A stretch of 64,000 nt of DNA from Octopus sinensis. Its lineage: Eukaryota. The stretch covers positions 4,712,001 to 4,776,000 of the forward strand of contig NC_043021.1 of the NCBI RefSeq assembly GCF_006345805.1, in the 5' to 3' direction. This document shows positions 47,901 to 60,714 of the stretch, piece by piece; position 1 is the stretch's first letter; every line of letters starts with the position of its first letter. The notes beneath the pieces are model-generated. The model did not search any database. It had not been told where the DNA came from and saw nothing but the letters and a program-made list of their open reading frames with translations. The translations under genes were made by a program, and so were the position numbers.

Positions 47901-50900
47901 GACATAGACACAGAGGAGGTTAACAGTTTTACAGACACTTCAAACCAGATGGTTCCTGGTTCAGTAGATCCTAAACCCTGCTCTACGCCAGATGCTAATT
48001 TGGATTCACAAAATGCCGTTACAACAGCAGCTGCTACTGTCAGTACTGCTAATACCAAAGCCAAGACCAAATCTCGAAGCAAAAAGCCACTCATAAATCT
48101 AAAAAAAAGTCGAAACTTAGAGAGATGGCGGCAGAACCCGGTTGAAATGAACTTGATGTTCAATAATGACTTAGAGGCTTATGTCAATGCTTGTCTCTTC
48201 TCTGGAATGGTAAGGGTTGTTTTGCTACTCTATTACTTTTTTGCCCACCAACATCTATCAACACTTCTTTAGCTGGAACCTTTGTCGTTATTGTTTAGCT
48301 TGTCATCATCATCGTCATCATCATCGTTTAACGTCCGTTTTCCGTGCTAGCATGGGTTGGACAGTTCGACCGGGGTCTGGGAAGCCAGGGGCTGCACCAG
48401 GCTCCAGTCTGATCTGGTAGTGTTTCTACTGCTGGATGCCCTTCCTAACACCAACCACTCCGCAAGTGTAGTGGGTGCTTTTTACGTGCCACCTGCACAG
48501 ATAGCCATAAATTGCCTCAGATGGAGCAGACCTATGGTGAAAGGCATTATGGTCTTCGCCATTTCCTTTTTTTTTTATACATGTAAGATCACATTGTCTA
48601 ATGTTTCCTTCATTTTTCTTAAGATGGTAGGCTGAGATTTGAAGGAGATTTTGATATTTCTAGCTGATGAAGTTACTATACAGAGGCTTGATTGCTGAAC
48701 CTTTTATCTTTTACCGTATTTCTATTACTTTTTTCATGTGGCCTCAATAATGCTGGTAGCACAAAAAAGGTGCTACCAGCATTATTATGCTGGAAAGTGG
48801 TTGGCATTAGGAAAGGCATCCAGCCATAGGAACCCTGCCAAAGCAGACATCAGTGCATGATGCATTTCTTGGTCCCATTGAATCCTGTCAAACCATGCAT
48901 CCCATGAGTGGACATAGACCAGTCCCTTCACATAACCCCAGAGAAAAAGTTACAAGGTCAGGTGAAGCTATTTCGACAGCACCTTGTCTTCATCACCAGC
49001 ATTCCCACCCCACTACCCTGGCAGATTCTCATTGAGATAAACCCACACAGTGAGCTTCCAGTGAGGTGGGGACCCTGTCTTGTTGAAAAATGAAGTGTTC
49101 GTATTGATCTGCAATAAACTTATCAATCGGCCAGTTCTGAAGCATTTGCAGATGAATATTTTACTGGTTCCATTTCTCTCATAGAAGATTCTTGGAAATG
49201 GCACAGAACAAATAATTGTCAGGATAAAACATTAGAGTTAACGACTGTCAAACTTGGTGCAGAAGAAAATCAGACATTTCATTCTTAATGACTGGATATT
49301 TCCATTTACTCTCTCTTTACTCTTTTACTTGTTTCAGTCATTTGTCTGCGGCCATGCTGGAGTACCGCCTTTAGTCGAGCATATCGACCCCGGGACTTAT
49401 TCTTTGTAAGCCCAGTACTTATTCTATCGGTCTCTTTTTGCCGAACTGCTAAGTGACGGGGACGTAAACACACTAGCATCGGTTGTCAAGCAATGCTAGG
49501 GGGACAAACACAGACACACAAATACATATATATATATATATATATATACATATATACGACAGGCTTCTTTCAGTTTCTGTCTACCAAATTCACTCACAAG
49601 GCATTGGTCAGCCCGGTTCTATAGTAGAAGACACTTGCCCAAGATGCCACGCAGTGGGACTGAACCCGGAACCATGTGGTTGGTTAGCAAGCTACTTACC
49701 ACACAGCCACTCCTGTTTCACAACATTTTTTTAAAAATCGTTTTAACACTGATGGAACAAAGATGTTAAGTGATGATGATGATGATGATGAACAACAAAC
49801 TACGAACCCTCTAAATCACATACATGATTGCTGATTTAGAAGTTTTATAGAGTTTGTCGACGTGGCTGTATTATATTTTCCCACCCTACTTCTCCTCTTC
49901 TTATTTTGATCCACTCCTCATCTTTATGTGTCAGGCCCTTCCAGTAAAACGGTTTCTTTGATCCTTTAGGTGAACAAAGCTTTGGCCATCATCAAGTTCT
50001 ATAACTACCAACACAAGCACCGACCGGCTGAAGTTACACTGAAGATCATAAAACCAGAGATTTATAGCAACATCATGCATGCACTGGCTAAACAGGTGAG
50101 ACAATATATATATATATATATAGGTGATATATATATATATAGGAGAAGGCGGCGAGCTGGTAGAATCGTTAGCGTGCCGGGCAAAATGCTTAGCGGTATT
50201 TCGTCTGTCATTACGTTCTGAGTTCAAATTCCGCCGAGGTCATCTTTGCCTTTCATCCTTTCGGGGGTCGATAAATTAAGTACCAGTTACGCACTGGGGG
50301 TCGATGTGATCGACTTAATCCGTTTGTCTGTCTTTGTCCCCTTTGTGTGTAGCCCCTTGTGGGCAGTAAAGAAATAAGAAACATTAGCGCGCCGGGCGAA
50401 ATGCTTAGCGGTATTTCGTCTGTCGTTACGTTCTGAGTTCAAATTCCGCCGAGGTCGACTTTGCCTTTCATCATTTCGGGGGTCGATAAATTAAGTACCA
50501 GTTACGCACTGGGGTCGATGTAATCGACTTAATACCTATGTCTGTCCTTGTTTGTCCCCTCTGTGTTTAGCCCCTTGTGGGTAATAAAGAAATAGGTATT
50601 TCGTCTGTCATTACGTTCTGAGTTCAAATTCCGCCGAGGTCGACTTTGCCTTTCATCCTTTCGGGGTCGATAAATTAAGTACCAGTTACTCACTGGGGTC
50701 GATGTGATCGACTTAATCCGTTTGTCTGTCCTTGTTTGTCCCCTCTGTGTTTAGCCCCTTGTGGGTAGTAAAGAAATAGGTATTTCGTCTGCCGTTACGT
50801 TCTGAGTTCAAATTCCGCCGAGGTCGACTTTGCCTTTCATCCTTTCGGGGTCGATAAATTAAGTACCAGTTACGCACTGGGGTCGATGTAATCGACTTAA

Positions 50901-53323
50901 TCCGTTTGTCTGTCCTTGTTTGTCCTCTCTGTGTTTAGCCCCTTGTGGGTAGTAAAGAAATAAATATATATATATAGGAATGAAATATTCTTCTGAGTGT
51001 TACAAATACATATATATCTGTGTGTGTGTGTTTGTTTGTTTGTGTTTGTGTTAATAGGGTGCATTCCAGAAGTTTTCAGACTTTTTCTGGAGAGATATTT
51101 ATTGATTTTAAGGTACAAAACTCTAATCTCTTTCAAAATATGATTCTCTCATTTCAATGCATTTCAATGCCAAGTTCTGATTTAGCTGGGTTAATAAGCC
51201 TACATTTAGGATTGGATAGGAAGTTCTTTTTATGGTCTTTGATAGTTATAAAGGCTTCTTTTTTGGGGAGGACCTCTATTTTTTTTTTTTTACCTAATTT
51301 AAGTCCGGCGGCAAAAACAGATATTGTAGTTTGTTGATGTTTGCAGTTTTTGTTTTGTTTTCTATAGTTTCTTTGCTTGTTTATTTTTTTCAACTTTTAC
51401 AGGGAAATTTTGATTCCATCCAGGAGCTCTTTAAGATGATGAAGATCCATTTGAAACCAACCTTGCAGTGTTATGCTGCTTGTCTTGAATGCCTTGGCAG
51501 GAAAGATTCTCCAGATTTTCAGCTTGGGGAACATATTCTTCAGGATTTAAAGAGAGACGTAGGTAGCTTCACATCACTTGTCAGATAAGACCACTTCATA
51601 ACTAAACTAATACTACTTGTTGACTACTAAAGGCCACTTGACAGCTACACTATGGCTATCATCATCATGATCATCATCATTTAATGTCCATCTTCTATAC
51701 TGGTATAGGTTGGATGGTTTGATTCAAGGCGGCGAGCTGGCAGAAACGCTAGCACACCGGGCAAAATGCTCTGTGGTAGTTCGTCCGCCGCTGCGTTCTG
51801 AGTTCAAATTCCGCCGAGGTCGACTTTGCCTTTCATCCTTTCGGGGTCGATAAATTAAGCACCAGTTACGCACTGGGGTCGATGTAATCGACTTAATACC
51901 TATGTCTGTCCTTGTTTGTCCCCTCTGTGTGTAGCCCCTTGTGGGTAGTAAAGAAATAGGTTTGATTGGAGCTGGCAAGCCAGAAGACTGCACCAAAGCT
52001 CCACTGTCTGTTTTGGCAAGGTTTTTACAGCTGGATGCTCTTCATAATGCCAACCCCATCGCAGAGTGGACTGGGTGCTTTTCATGTGGCACCAGCACTG
52101 GCAAGGTCTGTTTTGGTATGGTTTTTATGGCTGGATGCCTTTCCTAATGCCAACCACTTTACAGAGGGGGTTTGGTGCTTTTCATGTGGCTAAACTAAAG
52201 CCACCTACTGGCCAAACTATATAGATAACTAGCAGTATCGCCTGGCGTTGCTCAGGTTTGTAAGGGAAATAAGTATAAAGCATTTTTAGAGAGTTATAGC
52301 CAAAAAATAGCAAAAAAATGGGAAAAAATGATGGTAAATTTTTTTTGAGAGTTAAAAAAGGTGGAGTTGCGTCCCCTAGACGGTCTGTGGTTTGGGTTTC
52401 TGATTCTCGACCCCATGTCGAATTTATCGATTTTTTTCAGAACTGGGGGAACTTTTCAAAATTTTCGCTGCGTTAGTTTTGAATTATGACATTGGGCTAT
52501 GTGTGTGTCAAGTTTCATCAGAATCGGTTGAAAGCCGTGGTCAGAGTGAGGGTACGAGAAAACAGACACACAGAAAACGCACAGACAAACTGCCATTTAT
52601 ATAGAGAGAGATATGTCTAAAATAAAGACAGGACATAGATAATGTAGTCCGAAGTAACTATGCTTGAATATAAGACCGAATGCATTAAATAATATAGTTT
52701 TAAGTATACGATGTCTCAATAAAAGACAGGCCACAGATGATGTAGTTGGAAATATACTGCGTCTGAGGGTGAACAACAGAAATAGAACGTGTAAGGAAAG
52801 AAATATCCCAGGCCCTTACTGGATTATTCAGGAAAAGATTCTGTTTACCTGTAGAGTACCAAGTGTAACTTAACTAGGTAGAACACCCTGTACTCTTGAG
52901 TTGTTGAACAAGTCCAAAACTCAGAACGCAAGAAGTGGCAGTAAAATAACTGACTGAGAATTTAAACGATGTTGCAGAATAGGCTTAATTGAACCATAAT
53001 ATTCTCTCACTGTCTTTCTCTCTTACTTCCTCTCTCTCTCTCTTTTACTCCCTCTCTCTCTCTCATACATTCTCTCTGTCTTTTTTGCCTCTCCCTCCTC
53101 CCTTTTTTCTCTGTCTCACATCTCTACCTTATGCTCTCCTGCCACTTCCACTACTGGTACTACTTTTCCATTTTTTCAGGGTTACTCTGCATCACAGATA
53201 TTTGACAGTTGTACATTCAGGAGAGATGAAAGACAATATGTATTAAAGGTGAGACATATATATGTGTGTGTGTGTGTGTGTGTGTATCCCTGTATGTATG
53301 TATGTGTAAACATACACACTACA

Positions 53324-53355
<32 letters not shown>

Positions 53356-56300
53356 ATGAATAAGAAGAATGAAGTGAGAATTTTTTTTACATGAATTTGT
53401 ACTTGTTTCATCTGAATTCATCATCATCATTGTTTAGCGTCCGCTTTCCATGCTAGCATGGGTTGGACGGTTCAGCTGGGGTCTGGGAAGCCAGAAGGCT
53501 GCACCAGGCCCAGTCTGATCTGGCAATGTTTCTACAGCTGGATGCCCTTCCTAACGCCAATGTCATACCTGCTGTCGATGACGTTTTTCACCAACAGGAT
53601 GAAAGTTTCTTCACCAATGAGATCCAAGTACTGAAACACTGATGGAAGAAGTGTGTGGATCACAAGAGGGACTATGTTGAAAAATAAACCTCATTTGGCC
53701 ACATTTCATGAGTATTTGGTCAGCACACAAACTTTTCAACTGACTTTAGTATAACAATATTCATGAAAGTTTTGGTTTTCTTCCTGAGTTTTCTTTCAAC
53801 AAGGAGGTTTTTCCCTCTTTCTCAAAGGCTGTCATTACTTTCAAGACAGTACTTCTTGATACACCAAACATTTCAGCTGTTTTTGTTACGCTAGCGCCTG
53901 CCATACAAGCACCAACAATTTTACCTCTTTGAAAGTCTGATAGATCTTTCATTTAATGAATTTCAATTACCTTTTTCTGATGATATCTGAAAAGAAACAG
54001 CAATTTTAGCAAAACATATTAAGCAACACTAATAATGAATCAGAAACATAGAAATAAACAAGCTTTTGACGATTTCATAGATATTTCAAAATTATGCTAT
54101 GATGCTAGGTGTTTCCATTATTTTGTCCAACCCCTGTATATATATATGTGTGTGTGTTTGTATGTAATGTGTAATAAATATATATTACAGGCTCTGAAAC
54201 TGATCAGTCTTGATTATGAACCATCTAGCAAAGAAATCAATATGAAATATTCACGAAATATACTTCAAGACTTGAATACTCCTCCACTCCTTGATACGGT
54301 AAGTCCTTTTTTGTAAATCATATCTGAATATGTGTGTTTTGAGTGTGTATGTGTGCACATACATGCACAGACCATCTGTATGAATCTCTTTGTTTTCTAT
54401 GAATGTGAGATTTTCCTATAAAAAACAGGATTCGTTTTTAATCATTTTGGCACATTTTCACCTGTTTTTTTTTTAATTGATACTTGTGTGCATATTATGT
54501 GTATGTGTGGAGGCACATGGCTTAGTTGTTAGGGTGTTGAACTCATGGTCATAAGATTGGGGTTTCATTTCCTGATTCGGGCAAGACACTTCATTTCATG
54601 TTGCTCCAATCTATACAGCTGGCAAGGATGAGTAAGTCTGCGATGGACTGGTGTCCCATCCAGGGAGATATATATATATATATATGCCTGGGAAACTGGC
54701 CCTGTGCCCTTTATGGACTAACCATTATCTATATGTGTTTATGAGGATATATATTATATGTGTGGAGGCGCAATGGCCCAGTGGTTAGGGTAGCGGACTC
54801 GCGGTTGTAGGATCGGGGTTTCGATTCCCAGACCGGGCGTTGTGAGTGTTTATTGAACGAAAACACCTAAAGCTCTACAAGATTCTTGCAGGCAGTGGTG
54901 GCGATCCTTGCTGTACTCTTTCGCCACAACTTTCTCTCACTCTTTCTTCTGTTGGCCTGCTCGCTTAGCCAGCGGGGTGGCGTCATTTGAAGTCTAAAAC
55001 AATGCGAGGCACATTGTGACCAGCGATGTGTAGCAACATCTGATAACCTGGTCGGTCACGGTGATATTATATTTATCATGGATATAGATGAATGTGTGTG
55101 TGTGTGTGTTTATGTCTCTTTGTCTTGGTATCACATGGTTGTTGTAAATGGATATCACTCATTCCTAATATTCTACGAAAATATGTCTGGCAATGGGGAA
55201 ATATTACTTTGCTTAGAAACAAGCAAGAGTTGGTGACAGGAAGGGCATCAGAAAATCTGCCTAATAAACCTTATCTCACTCATGCTGCATGGAAATTGGA
55301 TGTCAAAATAAAGCTGGTGATGTATAAGCTAAAATAATGGGATGATGTAAGCGTCGGCTGCGGGATCACTCTGAAAAGCTCTATCTGCAACGATTTCATC
55401 TCAATCGAAGGAGAGGGGCTTTCTCCGTCCGGGTTGCGGATCCGTGGAATAAGCTGCCGGACGAGATAGCGAAGATACCGACGACTGCTCGGTTCAAAGT
55501 CTCTCTTGACCAGAAATGGCCTGAACTCTATGCATGAACACCACCCTGTACATAACTCCATGTCCCCCCTACAAGGCCTTGTTTTTTGATTTTTGAGCCA
55601 AAAAATTAACTTAACTTAACTTATATATGCTGATATATGTCTCTCTGTTTCTTATATGAAGATGATTGAAAAGAATCCTTATCATGGAGTAGTGGATAAC
55701 GACCATCTGAAGAAACAGTTATTGTTACAGCATAAGCGGGAATGTGATGACCATGTGGTGCTAAAGTCTGTTATCAACCAAGAGAAAAGCCAGTCTTCAA
55801 CTGTAAGTATTCTACAAGAATTTGGTAAGCATAGGAAGAAGTGTTTATGTAGTCCAGAATGGAGCGGTACTGAAACAGTTGTACTAATATTAAACTTAGA
55901 AGTGCCAATCTCTAACTGTGGAAGGAACCTGTGGTAGAAGTAGAGCCAAGAAGACATGGGACGGGTGGTGAAGCATGTTCTTTGAACTTTGTTCCTCACA
56001 GAGGCAATGACTAGTGACCAAGACCTTTGGCGATATGCCATGCATGAAAAGACCTCTCAAGCCAAGGGAAATCAATTCTACTATATGGCTCAGAAACCTG
56101 GGCGTTATCAAAGCTTGAGAGGCAGTAGGATGGAACCTACACTCGCCTCCTTATGAGAGCTCAAAATCTCTCGTGGAAGCGCCATCCAACCAAAATGCAA
56201 ATATATGGCAAACTACCACCTGTGTCATCTTTTGTGAAAGGTAGGAGAGTCCAGTTTGCTGGACATTGTTGTAGAGCTGAAAACGAGGCAATTTCTACTC

Positions 56301-59300
56301 TTCTCCTCTGGAAGCCATCTACTCGCAATACCAGAGGGTGCACATTCTCCTACCCAAATGTAATCTCCAGGGATACAGGCATCCAGCAACAGGACCTTCG
56401 TAATGCCATGATGGACCGTGAAGTCAGGTGTAGCATGGTAAATTCCATTGTCTCGACCACGGTCGAACAATGATGATGATGAAGGGAAATCAGTCGTGGC
56501 CAATGCTGGTGTCATGTAATTGGCATGTAAAAAGCACCTTTCAAATATTGGGTCTCATGGAGGCAAAAGTGGCCAATGCTGGTGGCACGTAAGATGCACC
56601 TTTCATGTGTCGGGCCTCCCAGAGGCAATGAGAAATGACCGAGACCTTTAGCATAATGCCATATTTGAAAAGATCCATCAAGGCAAGTGAAATCATAGTT
56701 ATGGCAGATACTGGTGTCACACAACTGGCACGTAAAAGCACCCATTACACTCTCAGGGTGGTTGGCATCAGGAAGGGCATCCAGCCATAGAAACCATACC
56801 AAATCAGACAGGAGTCTGATGCGACCCCCCCCCCCCAGCTTGCCAGCCCTGGTCAAACTGTCCAACCCATGCCAGCATAGACTACGGACGTTAAAATGAG
56901 GATGATGATAGTATGCTGATATCATATTAGGGCGGCAAGCTGGCAGAAATGTTAGCACGCCGGGTGAAATGCTTAGCAGTATTTCGTCTGCCGCTACGTT
57001 CTGAGTTCAAATTCCTCCAAGGTCGACTTTGCCTTTCATCCTTTCGGGATCAATAAATTAAGTACCAGTTACGCACTGGGGTCGATGTAATCGACTTAAT
57101 CCGTACCAGTCCTTTTTTGTCCCCTCTGTGTTTAGCCCCTTGTGGGTAGTAAAGAAATAGGTATGCTGATATCATATTTATCTTTGTCTTATACATATGT
57201 AAATACATACCAAGTCATTGTTTCAGTGATGTATGCCTCAATTTCCTGCTCCAATGGACTATATTTTAATTTGGTTTCGTGTTTTCTCTGATCTAGCACA
57301 TCTGTAGTCAGAGATGTTCCAACTGTGACCATCCCATATTTTATTCAGACATAGTAATTTGAATGAGTATAGTTGTTATGTAGCCCCTAGTCAGACCTAA
57401 TCCAGCTGACCTATAGTCAAATACATTCCAGGGTGTCAATAGCACCATCCGAGCGTGATCATTGCCAGAGCAGCCAACTGGATTCCGTACCCATGGCACG
57501 TAAAAGGGCACCATTCGAGCGTGATCATTACCAACGTCACTTCACTGGCACGTGTAAAAAGATTCGAGCAAGGTCATTGCCAGTACCACCTGACTGGCCC
57601 TCATGCCAGTGACACGTAAAAGCACCACCCATTACACTCATGGAGTGGTTGGCATTAGGAAGGGCATCCAGTTGTAGAAACTCTGCCAGATCAAGATTGG
57701 AGCCTGGTGCAGCCATCTGGTTTGCCAGCCCTCAGTCAAAATCGTCCAACCCATGCTAGCATGGAAAGCGGACGTTAAACGATGATGATAACTATGTTAT
57801 CTAATGTATCCTTGTTGTTATTCAGACACTGTTGTCTAAAATACATTACTTTATATTTCTTGTCTGTTATTCAGAAACACTGTATCTAGGACTATCTTAT
57901 GTGTCCTGTCCTTTGTTGAGACACAGTTTATCTAAGACTACATTATTTTATGTGTTTTGTCTTTTATTCATCTCAGTGCATTGAGAATGTCTTCTATTGT
58001 AAAGACAGTGGTGTGTGATTTGAAGAAGATTTGATAGGTGTGTCAAGCAGTCCTAGAGAAAATGTTGTCACTCCTGTCAGATTTGCACATCCTTTACTGT
58101 ATATGTTGTTACCAATGTAAAACCTTTATATCTCATTCTGTATTCAGAAACCGGTTCTTGAGAAGCTGTTAAGTAAATGGAAGGGAGATCTGGAAGCTGG
58201 CTTCAAAAGGAAGATTAATATCTATGAAAACAAGAAATGTGAGTATATAGTTCGAGTCATCATCATCATCATCAATCCAACACCCTAACTCCAACTTTGG
58301 ACTATCCACATACAGACTGGAAGTAGCACAATTCAGTCCATTCTCACCAGGGGATGTTGTACCCTTGCACAATACTGAGTATCTTATTCTATTTTCTACT
58401 CCTGGTGTAGACCATCTTATCTTATCCTTGTTTCAGTCATTTGACTGTGGCCATGCTGGAGCACCACCTTAAGTGGAGCAAATCAACCCCAGGACTTATT
58501 CTTTGTAAGCTTAGTACTTATTCTATCGGTCTCTTTTGCCAAACCACTTAGTTATGGGGATGTAAACACACCAACATCAGTTGTCAGGTGACGGTGGATA
58601 CACACACATGCACACATATATATACATATATACGGCAGGCTTCTTTCAGTTTCTATCCACCCAATCCACTCATAAGGCTTTGGTCAGCTCGAGGCTATAG
58701 TAGAAGACACTTGCCCAAGGTGCCACGCAGTGGGGCTGAACCCGGAACCATGTGGTTGGTAAGCAAGCTACTTACCACACAGCCACTCCTGCATTTTCTA
58801 AGTATATTTGGAGATCAAGAAATCATTGCATTGCATGGGAAATTCTAGGTGCAACAGTTTTTAAAACCAATTAAGAAATGTTTCAATGGATTATTTCATG
58901 TTTCTAAATTTGACATTTCATTGTCTTTTTTTTTCTTTCTATTTCTTTTCTTCCTCCAAAACTTTGGAAACACTTCAGATGAGAATTCTATGACCCTCTA
59001 TCCTTACCTGAAACTGTTCCCTGTCAAAGACTATGTGAACATCATGTTAAGAGTAAGTTATTAATTATTTTTTGTTGTTATTGTTGTTCCTGTTGTATGG
59101 ATTGGTTAACTGAAATTACTAGAGTTTTTGAAAAATACTGTCCAGGTTTTATTCTTGCTCTTAACATTGAGTTCAAATCCCACCAAGGCCAACTTTGCCT
59201 TTCATTTTTTTCAGAGCTGATTGATAAAATAAAATACCAGTCAAGTACTGGGTTGATCTAATTGATTATACCTCTCCCTCAAAAGTTGCCTAAATTAGAA

Positions 59301-59495
59301 ACAATCATTTCAAGAGGAATGAATTGGCAGAATTGCTAGCGTGTTGTAAAAATGATGTGCAATATTTGTTCCAGGTCTTACATTCTGAGTTCAAATCCTG
59401 CTGAGATCACCTTTAGTTTCTTTCAGTATTGATTTAACTAACTCTTTCCTCTCACAAAAATTATTGACTTTGTGCCTAAATCAGAGCTCACTGCC

Positions 59496-59530
<35 letters not shown>

Positions 59531-60254
59531 TAATAATAATAATAATTAATAATAATAATATTAATAATAATAAATAATAATAATAATAATAATACTGAGT
59601 GAGAGAGCAGTGCTTGCCATCAAAGTGACATGGGTAAAATATATGAAGCCCAGTATACCCATCTGATAAGGGTACACCAAGCAGATGCAACACAACCATG
59701 AGCATGACATGGTGATCTCATATGAAGATAATAAACAGCACATGGCCTTGCAGGTGAGGCCCAGTTAGAATTTTCTTCAGGTTGAGTAGCCCATCCTGTT
59801 CAAAAGGTCTCTGAATGAGGCTTGTTTAAGGATGTTTCTGGAGAAGAATTATTCAGTAATCTTAAAAATGTATAAATACACTTTTATTTCACATCTCTCT
59901 TGCTTTTACAAAGATTTAGGCAGCGGAAATACTGAAATGTGAACCTAGTGATTATAGATTTAAAAGCCCATAACTCTGAAACTACTTCAACTAGAAAGTG
60001 GAAAATTCAGATCTACTATTTCTCTATTGCATTGAGTCAGCACACCAAGTTTGGTAAACACTTGAGCTGGTGTTATGAACCCTGCTAGAATTTTGCATGA
60101 TTTGGGCCAGAAGTGGTGATCAAATTCTTAAGTTGGGGGTGACATTTTTTTTCAAATAAAGCAAAATAAATGTTAGTTTCCTGACTTCTATGAAATTATT
60201 CATTGAAATACAGTATAGGGTTATTAGACTGTGAAAAAGTCATAACCCTAGTAC

Positions 60255-60292
<38 letters not shown>

Positions 60293-60644
60293 GAAATATG
60301 TTACAAAAAGAAAATATAAAATACACGTGGAAATGTAAGGGGAAAATTAGAAAATTCAATGAAAATGCACATTGTAAATAAAAAAAGAAAAGGCTTTTTA
60401 TGAAAGGTAACGACAGATATATATACATTTGGATGGACTGAGGTAGTAATAAAATACATAAAAGTCAACATAAAAGTGGAACATGCCCCCATCTTTTGGA
60501 GGGTTCAGAATTTTACTTCAAACAAGGAGAAATATTTAAGATCAAATCAAATTTCGCCTGCGCCTCGGAAAATCTAATCATAAAAAGCCTTTTTTTTTTT
60601 ATTTACAATGTGCACTTTCGTTGATTTTTTTTTTATTTTCCCCC

Positions 60645-60714
<70 letters not shown>

